A DNA stretch of 51,430 nt from Acidobacteriota bacterium (GCA_040755995.1 JBFMAF010000022.1:1-51430), one strand, 5' to 3'. Positions 1 through 8,746 are shown, counted from the first letter of the stretch. Program-made: numbers and translations. Notes: generated by a model not told the origin, from the letters alone.

Positions 1-151
1 CAGGTACGGTCAGCTCCGCCGGGGCCACATCGAGGCTCGCGCCGAGCACGAGCAGGTCCCCTGTGGCCAGCGGCGCCTCCTCGGCGAAAACCGGCTGCAC
101 CAGCGCAGCCAAGAGGATCATCCACCCCAGGATCGTTGTTGTTCTAAACAT
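1..151 (-). CDS. N-terminus of a secreted protein (runs off the window edge)
   Basis: Manual translation from ATG at 151: MFRTTTILGWMILLAALVQPVFA|EEAPLATGDLLVLGASLDVAPAELTVP. Sec-type signal peptide; the frame stays open to base 1. Confidence 0.7.
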   Translation of the reverse strand, partial: MFRTTTILGWMILLAALVQPVFAEEAPLATGDLLVLGASLDVAPAELTVP

Positions 152-248
152 TGCCCACCGCCCTTGTTGGTTGACATCTACCCTATGACTTTGAATTCAC
201 TTTCGCTTGAAGATGAAGCCCGTAGCGATTCGCATCCCACAGTGTCTC

Positions 249-650
249 TCACTCACCAGTCCTCTTCTCGTCGCCTCTTTCCCGCAGCCATCCGGATGAA
301 GTCTCGCTGTTGCGGCGTCTTTCCAGGAGGAGATCGACGTAGTCCGGGAACACCTTGGCGAGGCGCAGCCTGCCCGGAACTCCCGCGTGGTCAGCGGTCA
401 GCAGGAAGTCCTCGGATGTTGCGGTCCGTAGCCGTGTAAGCATCGGCTCGGGACAGCGGAGATATCCCCCGCCAAACGGCATCACGCCCCACCACCGCAC
501 ACTTGGCCCAATCTTCGCGATCGCGTGCTCGTCGACCACGGCGTGGGTCCATTCTTCAGCCGGCGGCTCCTTCTTCGACCAGACGATCCCCTCGGGCCCG
601 AAGCTGTCTCGCACAACCGTACCGATTCCGACGGCCTGGTTATCTGTCAT
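249..650 (-). CDS. hypothetical protein (133 aa)
   Basis: ORF with protein-like composition, co-oriented with neighbours; no family recognised. Confidence 0.55.
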   Translation of the reverse strand: MTDNQAVGIGTVVRDSFGPEGIVWSKKEPPAEEWTHAVVDEHAIAKIGPSVRWWGVMPFGGGYLRCPEPMLTRLRTATSEDFLLTADHAGVPGRLRLAKVFPDYVDLLLERRRNSETSSGWLRERGDEKRTGE

Positions 651-784
651 GCTGATACCCTCTTGGCCAAGTCAGCGCCCGTATTGACTGCGTCTCGGTG
701 GCGCCGCGCGCCGGTTCGTGGTGTCGAGCTCGCGAACGGACCGCCGTATGGTGCCCCGTCCCCGGCTCGGTGCCGTGCGTTCCG

Positions 785-807
785 CGCGGGCTGAAGCCCG
801 CGACTAC
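785..807 (-). repeat. GTAG-type REP-like palindrome
   Basis: Minus strand GTAGT-CGCGGGCT-TC-AGCCCGCG: GTAG tetranucleotide followed by a GC-rich hairpin, intergenic. Confidence 0.65.
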
Positions 808-901
808 GGTGATGTAGTGTTTGCATCGTGGAAAGATTCGAGGCTGCGGGGGCTTGAATGTGACAGGCGGAGGCGGTGAGATGGAGGCCACCGGCAGCCA
901 C

Positions 902-931
902 TCTCCGGTTCTCCGTTTCTCCGTTTCCCCG
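902..931. repeat. octamer tandem repeat (TTCTCCGT)n
   Basis: tctccggttctccgtttctccgtttccccg; reverse complement of the array at 34418-34450. Confidence 0.7.
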
Positions 932-981
932 CTTCGGCTGCCCCGTGCCTCTCACTTGCATCTCCTCATCTCCTCGCCTCG

Positions 982-3345
982 CTACTGCGCTCGCGTTATC
1001 GTCAGCGTGGCTGCTTTGAGCTCGATCTGCTGCTGCTCGAGGCGCGGGTCATAGACGTGCATCTCGGAGCAGTCGATTGAGGCGGAGCCTGGTGAGACCG
1101 CCTTGATGCGCATGAACAGCAGCGTCTCGTGGCGCAGGTTGGTCACCATGCCGCCCATGACGAGCGAGATCTTGACGCGGCCCAGGGCGTTGTCGATCGC
1201 CGTCCGGATGTCTCCGCCGTGCGCCGTCGCGAAGTCCGTCATCTCGACCGACTCCACGCGCAGCTTGTCCATCGGGAACAGGATCTCGCCTTCGAGCATC
1301 TGGAACTCCTTCACGTTCTCTATGACGACGTACAGCTCGGCGCCGCCCCCGGCGGGGATGCTCAGCGAGGTGCTCACCAGCGAGACGCGCGCCGTCCCTT
1401 CCTCGGCGGGCGCGGGCGTCTCCTCTTCAGGGGCTTCCGGAGCCGGGAGCGGCTCGGTCGGTTCGACGGCCGGCGCCGTCTGCGGCGCTTCGGCGGGCGG
1501 AGCGGCCTGCGTCTGGGGCGCCGCAGGCTTCTTCGACTCCTTCGGTGCCGGAGGCACCACGACTTCGGCCGGCGCTTCTTTCTTCTCGAACGGCGAAGCC
1601 GGCAGCCGCTCCTTGAGCCCGATGTTCTCCTCGGTGCCCACCAGGTACGAGCGCAGGTCTTCTTCGTCGATGTCGGGAAACTTTATGATGCGGGGCGTCA
1701 AAGTCAGAATTATGTCGGTCTGGCTTACTTCCTTATCGTTGCTCCCGAAAATCTCCTTGACGATCGGTATGTTGACCAGGCCCGGGATTCCCTTTATCGA
1801 GGCTCGCTCGTTGTCGCGCAAGAGCCCCGCGAGTATTCCTGTTTCGTTGTCCTGGAGCCGTATGACGGAGGTGACGTTGCGCGTGCCGATAGTGGGAGGC
1901 CTCGTGTCGGTTCCGGGATCGGTAATGAATGTCAGCTCGAAGGTGAGGTTCATGGTGATCCAGCCGTCGTGGTGGACTCGCGGCTTGAGCGTGATCTTGA
2001 TGCCGATGTCCTGCCAGGTATAGGAGTTGATCGGGTTTTGTTTCAGGGGATCGGTGGTGGATGTGCCGTAGTTGGGCACAAAAGAGGTCTGCAGAATGGG
2101 CGCCTTGTCGCCCAGGTGCACTTTCACCTCTTCCTGATCCACCACGCGGAGCTGCGGCTTGGCCTTGACCTTGGTAAGCGCGTCTTCCTCCATGAGCTTG
2201 TAGGCGATGGAGGGCAGGTTGAAATACCAGTCGGAGAGGTTGAGGTGCTTGAGCGTCGTGCCGCGCACCGGTGAACCGGGCCCGACCTTGGATACGTCGG
2301 TGACGGGCCACGGGTAGATGAACTCGCTCACGTAGTACTGCGAGAGCTCGATGCCGTACTCCTTCATGCGCCGGCGGTTGACTTCGAGGATCTCGACGTC
2401 GATGAGGAGCTCGGCGCGCGGCTTGTCCAGCGTGCGGATGAGCTTCTCGGCCACCGCGACCTTGTTGGGAGTGTCGCGCAGCGTGATGGCGTTGAGCGTC
2501 TCGTTGGTGCTCGCGATCTTGATCCCCACAACCTCCTTCACCTCCTTCTCCACCTGCTTCAGATCGGCGCTCGAGAGGAAGAAGGTGCGCATCACCAGCT
2601 CGTTGTATTCCATCCGCTTCTTCGGATCGTCGGGGACCACGATGATCGTGCGTTCGTCGATGACTTTGTAGAAGTGCCTGGTCTGGATGAGGACCTTGTC
2701 GAGCGCCTCCTTGAAGCTCACGAGCTCGAGATCCACGGCGAGCTTCTGGCTCTTGAAGTCCTTGTCGAAGAGGATGCGCACGCCGGAGAGGCTCTGGAGG
2801 GCGCGCAGAATAACGGCGAGATCGGTCTCGCCGAGCTTCAGATTGAAGAGGTCCTTCTGCGGCTGCAGCTTGGGCGCTCGTTCGCTCTCGCTCTGCGCCA
2901 CTTTCTCTTTGAGCTGCTGGAGGTCGGCCTCTTCCGCTTCCCGGCGCTTGTCCTCGGCCAGACGCCGGAGTACCGCCGCCTTCTGGCGGCGCGCCTCGTT
3001 GTTGCCCGGGTTGAATTCCAGCGCCTTGTCGAACTCGAAGAGCGCCATTCGCATGTCGCCGGCCTCCATCGCCTGCTGCCCGTTGCGCAAGTGGTAGCTG
3101 GAGGCGGCTACCAGCGACCGGCCCAGCGCGAAGCGGTAGCGCACGTTCTCGGGCTCGCTCTGCAGCGCCCGCATGTAGTACTGGACCGCCTGGTCCATCT
3201 CGTTCTTCTGGAAGGCGTCCTCGCCGCGACGGTACGCAGCGCGGCTGGCACAGCCCGCGGTGAGCAGGGCGATGGCCAGTAGCGTGAACGAACTGATTCC
3301 GAGATTCACCGCGCTGCGCGTCCGGGCCGGCATTCTGCCGAGCAT
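982..3345 (-). CDS. GspD/PilQ-family secretin with N-terminal lipobox and TPRs and a C-terminal cohesin-like domain
   Basis: LLTAGC lipobox; TPR-like helices (AVQYYMRALQSEPEN, FDKALEFNPGN); N-domain ending LIRTLDKPRAELLIDVEILEV; secretin motifs DIGIKITLKPRV, IPGLVNIPIV, ILTLTPRII; Pro/Ala linker; beta-sandwich tail. Confidence 0.9.
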   Translation of the reverse strand: MLGRMPARTRSAVNLGISSFTLLAIALLTAGCASRAAYRRGEDAFQKNEMDQAVQYYMRALQSEPENVRYRFALGRSLVAASSYHLRNGQQAMEAGDMRMALFEFDKALEFNPGNNEARRQKAAVLRRLAEDKRREAEEADLQQLKEKVAQSESERAPKLQPQKDLFNLKLGETDLAVILRALQSLSGVRILFDKDFKSQKLAVDLELVSFKEALDKVLIQTRHFYKVIDERTIIVVPDDPKKRMEYNELVMRTFFLSSADLKQVEKEVKEVVGIKIASTNETLNAITLRDTPNKVAVAEKLIRTLDKPRAELLIDVEILEVNRRRMKEYGIELSQYYVSEFIYPWPVTDVSKVGPGSPVRGTTLKHLNLSDWYFNLPSIAYKLMEEDALTKVKAKPQLRVVDQEEVKVHLGDKAPILQTSFVPNYGTSTTDPLKQNPINSYTWQDIGIKITLKPRVHHDGWITMNLTFELTFITDPGTDTRPPTIGTRNVTSVIRLQDNETGILAGLLRDNERASIKGIPGLVNIPIVKEIFGSNDKEVSQTDIILTLTPRIIKFPDIDEEDLRSYLVGTEENIGLKERLPASPFEKKEAPAEVVVPPAPKESKKPAAPQTQAAPPAEAPQTAPAVEPTEPLPAPEAPEEETPAPAEEGTARVSLVSTSLSIPAGGGAELYVVIENVKEFQMLEGEILFPMDKLRVESVEMTDFATAHGGDIRTAIDNALGRVKISLVMGGMVTNLRHETLLFMRIKAVSPGSASIDCSEMHVYDPRLEQQQIELKAATLTITRAQ

Positions 3346-3352
3346 GTGGATC

Positions 3353-3658
3353 TCAGCGAACGAATTTCACGACGGCGTGCTTCTGCCCCGCGACCTCTTC
3401 GATGCGGGAGACCACACCCTTGCAGGTGTATGCGTATTCTGCCGTCGGGCTGGGACGCATGTGCCGCGGCAGCGGCAGCGTGAGAGTGACCACGTCACGC
3501 ACGCGCACGTGGTTCTTGAGGGAGAGCTGCACAGCGGTCGGGCTCACATCGAGAGTGTGGCCCAGCTCTTCGTACGGCTTGCCGGTGGCGTCGATGCCCG
3601 CCACCTTGACCGGCAATCCGACCTTCACGCGTCTTGTTCTTCTGCGTTCATTCGTCAT
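3353..3658 (-). CDS. single-domain PilZ protein
   Basis: ERRRTRRV (RxxxR) and DVSPTA (D/NxSxxG-like, G replaced by A); AAGGAG RBS 6 nt before ATG 3658. Confidence 0.8.
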   Translation of the reverse strand: MTNERRRTRRVKVGLPVKVAGIDATGKPYEELGHTLDVSPTAVQLSLKNHVRVRDVVTLTLPLPRHMRPSPTAEYAYTCKGVVSRIEEVAGQKHAVVKFVR

Positions 3659-3674
3659 GACCATCTCCTTTCGA

Positions 3675-3698
3675 GGGCACGGCACGCCGGGCCCCTAC
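3675..3698 (-). repeat. GTAG-type REP-like palindrome
   Basis: GTAGGGGCCCGGCGTGCCGTGCCC, a variant of the copy at 3943-3966. Confidence 0.7.
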
Positions 3699-3705
3699 CG
3701 ATATG

Positions 3706-3915
3706 TCATCGTGCCATGTGTCGCGGCACCTGGAGCGCGTGGGCTGCCAGGTCGCGCGGGCTCTCGGTGTTCTGGACGGCGAGCTGCGACGTGGCAAGGC
3801 TCAGCTCGACCGCACGGCCCCGCACTTCGTACGGCTGGCCTGCGGCGTCGAAGCCCGTCACCCTGACCGGAATTTCGACCTTCACGCGTTCTGCCCTTCT
3901 ACGTTCATTCATCAT
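3706..3915 (-). CDS. truncated/degenerate PilZ paralog (69 aa)
   Basis: NERRRAERVKVEIPVRVTGFDAAGQPYE...PRHM aligns with the 3353-3658 protein; lacks the C-terminal strands; AAGGAG RBS present. Confidence 0.7.
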   Translation of the reverse strand: MMNERRRAERVKVEIPVRVTGFDAAGQPYEVRGRAVELSLATSQLAVQNTESPRDLAAHALQVPRHMAR

Positions 3916-3942
3916 GAATGTCTCCTTTCTGATGTGTCATCC

Positions 3943-3966
3943 GGGCACGGCGCGCCGTGCCCCTAC
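3943..3966 (-). repeat. GTAG-type REP-like palindrome
   Basis: GTAG-GGGCACGGC-GC-GCCGTGCCC, perfect hairpin immediately after the PKD gene stop. Confidence 0.75.
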
Positions 3967-5736
3967 TCATTGCACGACCACGTCCTTGCCAGTATCACCC
4001 TTGGCGCCGAGGTTGTCGGTGACCACGAGGCGCACGGTATACGTGCCAAGGGCGGGGAAGGTGTGCGTCACCGAGGTTCCGGAGAGCGTGACGGGAGCGC
4101 TACCGTCGCCGAAGTCCCACGCGTACGAGACGATGTAGCCGTCGGTGTCGTAGCTGGCGCTGCCGTTGAAGTCGAACTGCGTCGGCACGTCGGTCGACTG
4201 CACGTACGAAAAGCTGGCGGTGGGCGGCTGATTCGCGTGCACGGTGATTGTCTGGGTCGTCTCGTCCTTCTTGCCGCCGTTGTCGGTTACGGTCAGGCGG
4301 GCGTAGAAGACGCCGGCGTACTTGTAGCTGTGCGTTTCGGCTTCGCCTTGCCCCTTCGCGCCGTCGCCGAAGTCCCACTCCCACCTCTGAATGGTGCCGT
4401 CCGGATCGCTGCTGGACGACCCGTCGAAGCGGACGTCGCCGTTCACGACGGGGTTGCTCGGCGTGTACGAGAATCCGGCGACCGGCGGCTGGTTGTCTCC
4501 GACTGTGACGGCCTGGCTTGTCTCGTCTTCCTTGCCGTCGTTGTCGACGACCGTCAACTGAACGGAGAAGACGCCGGCGTTGCGATAGGCGTGTGTCGTC
4601 ACCTCTCCTTCGCTTCTCGCGCCGTCTCCGAAGTCCCACCGCCAGCGCTCGATCTGGCCGTCCGGATCGCTGCTCGCGGAGCCGTCGAATGTGACGGCAC
4701 CGTTGACCGTGGGGCTTGCCGGAGTGTACGTGAAGCTCGCGTCGGGCGCCTGGTAGTCGAGCACCGTGATGGATTTCGTGGTAATCGCAGAGGTGTCGCC
4801 GTGGTCGTCGGTCACCTGCAGGTTGGCGTCGTAGGTGGCCGCGCGCGAAAACGTCCGGCTGATCTCGCGCCCTTCGGTCTTGTAACCGTCGCTGAACGAC
4901 CACGAATACTTCTTGATCGTGCCGTCGCTGTCGGTTGAGGCGCTCGCGTCGAAGAGCACCGTCTCTCCGATCTTCGGGGTCGCGGGCCAGAAGGTGAAGC
5001 TGGCGGTAGGCGGTATGTTCGGCGTCACTTCGATCCTCACGGTCGCGCTCTGCCCCATCGAACTTGCGGTGACATCCGCGCTCTCCGTCGTGTTGAGGTG
5101 GTTCACCGCGACGCCTAGAGCGCTTGTGTTGATTGTCTGAGCTTCCTCGAACGTGCCGGCAGTTGTCGAGAATGTCACCGGGACGAACGAGAAAGGATTG
5201 CCGTGGCCGTCGCTGACGGTGGCCCGGATCTCGACCGGCCCGCCGGATGGAGGCAGTGAGGTAGGTTTCGCCTTGAGCGTGACCTGGGCCAGAGCCGAGT
5301 ACTCGATGTCGATCGTGATCTCGGCCGATGCGGCGCCCGAGCGCGCCGTGACCTTGGCCTGGCCGCGCTCGGCGCCGCTCACGAAGCTCGCCACCGCATG
5401 GCCTTCATGCAGCTCCACGCGGGGTGTCACGGAGCCGAGCGTCGCCGTCAACGTGACCAGCGTGCCGTCGCGCAGCGCCTCCCACGTGCTCGAGTAGCCC
5501 GTGATGGTGATCTGCGCGACGTCGCCGTTGGTGCGCAGGTACGTCTTGTTCGAGACAAGCATCAGCGTCGCGTCCTTGTCGGCCAGGAACGGAACGTCGT
5601 TGCAGGCGGCCGTCAGGAGATGGAGAACAATGAATGCAACAGGGATGATATATTTCGTAGCTCTGCTTCGCCTTGTCTCGCGCGACTCGCGCCGAGGCGC
5701 GGCCTCATCGACAGGCATGCGAACCCGCCTTCTCAT
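3967..5736 (-). CDS. lipoprotein with two Big/invasin-like Ig domains and four PKD domains
   Basis: LLTAAC lipobox; Big-like motifs (DGTLVTLTATLG, VPVTFSTTAGT); four repeats of PxAxF...FDxSxSxDxDG...WxFxDG...LxVxDxxG. Confidence 0.88.
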   Translation of the reverse strand: MRRRVRMPVDEAAPRRESRETRRSRATKYIIPVAFIVLHLLTAACNDVPFLADKDATLMLVSNKTYLRTNGDVAQITITGYSSTWEALRDGTLVTLTATLGSVTPRVELHEGHAVASFVSGAERGQAKVTARSGAASAEITIDIEYSALAQVTLKAKPTSLPPSGGPVEIRATVSDGHGNPFSFVPVTFSTTAGTFEEAQTINTSALGVAVNHLNTTESADVTASSMGQSATVRIEVTPNIPPTASFTFWPATPKIGETVLFDASASTDSDGTIKKYSWSFSDGYKTEGREISRTFSRAATYDANLQVTDDHGDTSAITTKSITVLDYQAPDASFTYTPASPTVNGAVTFDGSASSDPDGQIERWRWDFGDGARSEGEVTTHAYRNAGVFSVQLTVVDNDGKEDETSQAVTVGDNQPPVAGFSYTPSNPVVNGDVRFDGSSSSDPDGTIQRWEWDFGDGAKGQGEAETHSYKYAGVFYARLTVTDNGGKKDETTQTITVHANQPPTASFSYVQSTDVPTQFDFNGSASYDTDGYIVSYAWDFGDGSAPVTLSGTSVTHTFPALGTYTVRLVVTDNLGAKGDTGKDVVVQ

Positions 5737-6236
5737 TTGCGTTCCAGCGCGAGCCGCTTCGTCAGCTGCGTGCCCGGCTCCTCTATCAGAACCGCCTCGG
5801 GTTCGATGCTCTTGACGACGAACTTGTGTTCGAGCATGTCACCTTCGCGCAACGTGAGAACATCGCTCTTCAGCAGGAACAACGCCTGCATCCCGTCGCG
5901 ATCGATCGTGCCTATGAAGCGCGATTCGACCTGGATTTCGGGAGGCGGCGGAGGCGGCAGCTGTTCCGACGGGAGTTCCGGCATGACCGGCAGATCGGCA
6001 TAAGTGAAAGGATTCCGCCGCCACGGACGATCTGCCGGAGCGTCAGCCGCGAGCTCGGGTATCTTCATCACGACAACCACAGGCTTCATGGCATGCGCAG
6101 CCGACAACCGCGCCGGTTTCGCCGGCGCCGAAGGCGGCGGACTCGTGACCGGGCTCTTCGTGAGCGCGAGCGTGACGGCGCCCGCGAGAAGGACAAGTAG
6201 GATCGACAATCGACGATGTGATTTGACTGGTCTCAT
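5733..6236 (-). CDS. PilP/GspC-like pilus or secretion assembly protein
   Basis: N-terminal TM segment, RNPF motif, Pro-rich linker, C-terminal FIGTI...LREGD...VKSIEPEAV; stop overlaps the next ATG (ATGA). Start 6236 is inferred. Confidence 0.65.
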   Translation of the reverse strand: MRPVKSHRRLSILLVLLAGAVTLALTKSPVTSPPPSAPAKPARLSAAHAMKPVVVVMKIPELAADAPADRPWRRNPFTYADLPVMPELPSEQLPPPPPPEIQVESRFIGTIDRDGMQALFLLKSDVLTLREGDMLEHKFVVKSIEPEAVLIEEPGTQLTKRLALERK

Positions 6237-6397
6237 TGCCTGCCTCGGTTGGATAAAAGGTCGTGGGGGGACCGGGAAGCCACGCCACATAGCTTCGGCC
6301 GTCGGTTTGCCTGCCAGGCCGATGCCTGGCACGGGCCGGAAAAGGGGCACCGGAAGCCCGATGGGGCGTAGATCCCTCGCGAGAGCACCCCCCTAAA

Positions 6398-6429
6398 TTC
6401 ACCAAATTGACGAATTTTCGTCACCCCCC
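6398..6429. promoter_or_regulatory. 32-bp direct repeat copy 1 with TGACGAA-N2-TTCGTCA palindrome (putative operator)
   Basis: TTCACCAAATTGACGAATTTTCGTCACCCCCC; 31/32 identical to 6591-6622. Confidence 0.7.
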
Positions 6430-6590
6430 AGAATGGAGCCTCTGGAGGCCAGTTTCGGGCATGCTCGAATATCCGATAAATCATGACTGTTCAATCACTT
6501 AGAGGCACGAGTCCTGTGGCGCCGCGGGGCCGATCGGGGAGCCCTCTTGAGGGGGCAAAATCGACGTGTTGCATCAAAAACACCTCTCAG

Positions 6591-6622
6591 TTCACCAAAT
6601 TGACGAAATTTCGTCACCCCCC
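6591..6622. promoter_or_regulatory. 32-bp direct repeat copy 2 with TGACGAA-N2-TTCGTCA palindrome (putative operator)
   Basis: TTCACCAAATTGACGAAATTTCGTCACCCCCC. Confidence 0.7.
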
Positions 6623-6718
6623 TTGATGCCAGGCTTGGGCACGATCCATCTGCTCATCGCTTCCTCCGTATCCCGATTCGCCGGGGAAAATAAACGGTTT
6701 CGTCTACACGAAGCTGGC

Positions 6719-6748
6719 ACCGTACCATAGACCGAATCGGCTTGTCAA
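6719..6748 (-). promoter_or_regulatory. putative sigma70-type promoter facing the secretin operon
   Basis: TTGACA-N18-TACGGT with TGn extension; weak -10. Confidence 0.4.
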
Positions 6749-6984
6749 GAAGAGATTTTGAAAAATTTGAAAAAAAACGGATCGAAGATCGGAGCGGTAC
6801 GGACGTGACCAATGTACGATGTCCGCCTGCGCGGCTCTCATGCGGGACCTTGATAGACGCGGTACCGCTGTTGCGGCGGGTCATGCTCCGGGCTCTTGCA
6901 GGAGGTGAACCAGTGCCCGCAGATTTCGTACCAATTCTTTGGGTTGACACGTGAGCCTGATGGAGCCAGAATAGGGCAGCCATC

Positions 6985-8427
6985 ATGAGCAGCAGGCGCG
7001 GGGCGAAAACCACTTCCTCATCCACGGCGGGTGTCCCTGATGTAGTCCTGGTTGTGGAGGATGAGCAACGGTTCCGCGAGATGGTTGTCGAATGCCTCAC
7101 GGGGGCGAAGTTCGTGGTCCACGAGGCCGTGACCGCCGCCGAGGCCATCGTGGAGATCGGGAAGCGTAAATACGATGCGGTGCTCACCGACTTCAGGCTT
7201 CCCGGCCACGACGGTTTCCACGTTCTTGCGGCTGCGAACGATAGTTGCCCCGACGCGGCCGTGATTCTGATGACGGGCTACGGCACAGTCGAGCTGGCTG
7301 TCGATGCAATGAAGATGGGCGCGGACGACTTCGTGTCGAAGCCATTCGAGCTGGCCAGGCTTCCGCACGTGCTGCGCCATGCCATTGACCGGAGGCGTCT
7401 CAGGGCGGAGAACCGGGAGCTCAAGGAGTCGCGGGCAGATGAGTACCGGATGACGAATATTGTTGGGCGCGCCGGAGCAATGAGGAAGGTGCAGGAGCAG
7501 GTCGAGGCCGCCATACTGGGGAGCCAGAATGTACTGCTGATCGGGGAGCCGGGGACGGGCAAGGGCCGCATCGCGAAGACGATCCATTACAGCGGCGCCC
7601 GAAAAGATCGGCAGTTCGTGCCGGTGCGATGCGGGTCTATGAGTGAGCCCGCGTTTCTTGAAGATCTGGTGGGGACGCTGTTGACACCGCGCACCGCCGA
7701 TCGGCCGTTCAAGCCCGGGAGGCTCTTGCTGGCACACAAGGGGACTCTGTTTCTGGATGGGATCGAGGCGCTCAGCGATCGGCTCCAGGCCAAGCTGGCT
7801 GCGTTCTTCTTGGTACCGATCCTGCCCAGGAGCGGAAGCGGCAAGCACACGAAGGTGGATGTCCGTGTCATCGCATCGACTCACCCGGATCTGCCCGGCG
7901 AGAAGATGCGGGGCAGGTTCGACCGGCACATGTACTCGAAGCTCAGCCAGCTCACGATCCACGTCCCGCGCTTGCGGGACCACCGCGAAGACATACCTGC
8001 GCTCGTTCAGCATTTTCTGAGACGGTTTGCCCTTGATCGCGGCACGGCCGAGAAGACGTTCAGTCCTCAGGCGCTCCAATGCATCGTCGAATTCGCCTGG
8101 CCGGGCAACGTCTCCGAGCTGAAGAGCACGGTCGAACGGATGGCCATAACCACTGGGAAGCGGGAGATCATCACTGCTGAAGACCTGTCGCCGGAGATCC
8201 GCAGGGACGCACTGGGCACGGTCATGCAGGGAATCTACGTGCCCGAACAGGGCATCAACGTCGAGGCGGCGATGGAGCGAATCGAGCGACGGTTTGTGGA
8301 GCAGGGACTGAAAACCGCAGCAGGAAACAAGAGCAGGGCCGCGGAGCTCCTGGGTGTGAAGCGATCGACACTCGGCAGCATGCTCCGTCGCCTCAAGCTC
8401 CTCGGCGGGAGTAAGGAACCGGAGTAG
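6985..8427 (+). CDS. NtrC/AtoC-family response regulator (REC-AAA+-Fis HTH) with a degenerate sigma54-activation domain
   Basis: REC (VVEDE, LTDFRLP, MTGY, KPF); Walker A GEPGTGK; WPGNVSEL; HTH GNKSRAAELLGV. The GAFTGA region reads GTLLTPRTAD and Walker B reads FLDGI. Confidence 0.92.
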   Translation: MSSRRGAKTTSSSTAGVPDVVLVVEDEQRFREMVVECLTGAKFVVHEAVTAAEAIVEIGKRKYDAVLTDFRLPGHDGFHVLAAANDSCPDAAVILMTGYGTVELAVDAMKMGADDFVSKPFELARLPHVLRHAIDRRRLRAENRELKESRADEYRMTNIVGRAGAMRKVQEQVEAAILGSQNVLLIGEPGTGKGRIAKTIHYSGARKDRQFVPVRCGSMSEPAFLEDLVGTLLTPRTADRPFKPGRLLLAHKGTLFLDGIEALSDRLQAKLAAFFLVPILPRSGSGKHTKVDVRVIASTHPDLPGEKMRGRFDRHMYSKLSQLTIHVPRLRDHREDIPALVQHFLRRFALDRGTAEKTFSPQALQCIVEFAWPGNVSELKSTVERMAITTGKREIITAEDLSPEIRRDALGTVMQGIYVPEQGINVEAAMERIERRFVEQGLKTAAGNKSRAAELLGVKRSTLGSMLRRLKLLGGSKEPE

Positions 8428-8586
8428 CGCCGGCCGATCGCTACGGGGCTTCGCACGAGCTGGTACCGGGCGCCGCGCCGACCTGCACAGGTTGGTGTCG
8501 CAGATCCAGCCACGGACGACATTCGTGTCTCCACTAACATCACACCCTAAGGTGTCTGTGATCAATCGCTCTCGCATATCGAAAAC

Positions 8587-8615
8587 AATATAATACGAAC
8601 GTGAGGAATTGTCAA
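8587..8615 (-). promoter_or_regulatory. near-consensus sigma70 promoter with no clear downstream gene
   Basis: TTGACA-N17-TATATT on the minus strand. Confidence 0.6.
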
Positions 8616-8717
8616 GAGGTAAACAGAAGAAAATGTGCGGTATGGCCACTTGGTGACAACCTTCACGGCGAGAGGCCAGCCGACACAGCAAACTGTCCGG
8701 TCTATCGCAGACGCCTT

Positions 8718-8746
8718 TTGAGATCGAGCGCCAAATGTGATATGAT
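8718..8746 (+). promoter_or_regulatory. sigma70 promoter for the RHH gene
   Basis: TTGAGA-N17-TATGAT with TGn extension, followed by the palindrome AGTCATGACT (8756-8765). Confidence 0.55.

Noticed and set aside
1680..2100. Apparently more AT-rich patch within the secretin gene
   Set aside because: Impression by eye only; mosaicism cannot be supported without computation.
6398..6622. Possible mini-CRISPR from the 32-bp palindromic repeats
   Set aside because: Only two copies, a 161-bp spacer and no cas genes.
6500..6660. sigma54 -24/-12 candidates (GGCACGAGTCCTGT, GGCACGATCCATCTGC)
   Set aside because: Neither has GC at the required 10-nt spacing from GG.
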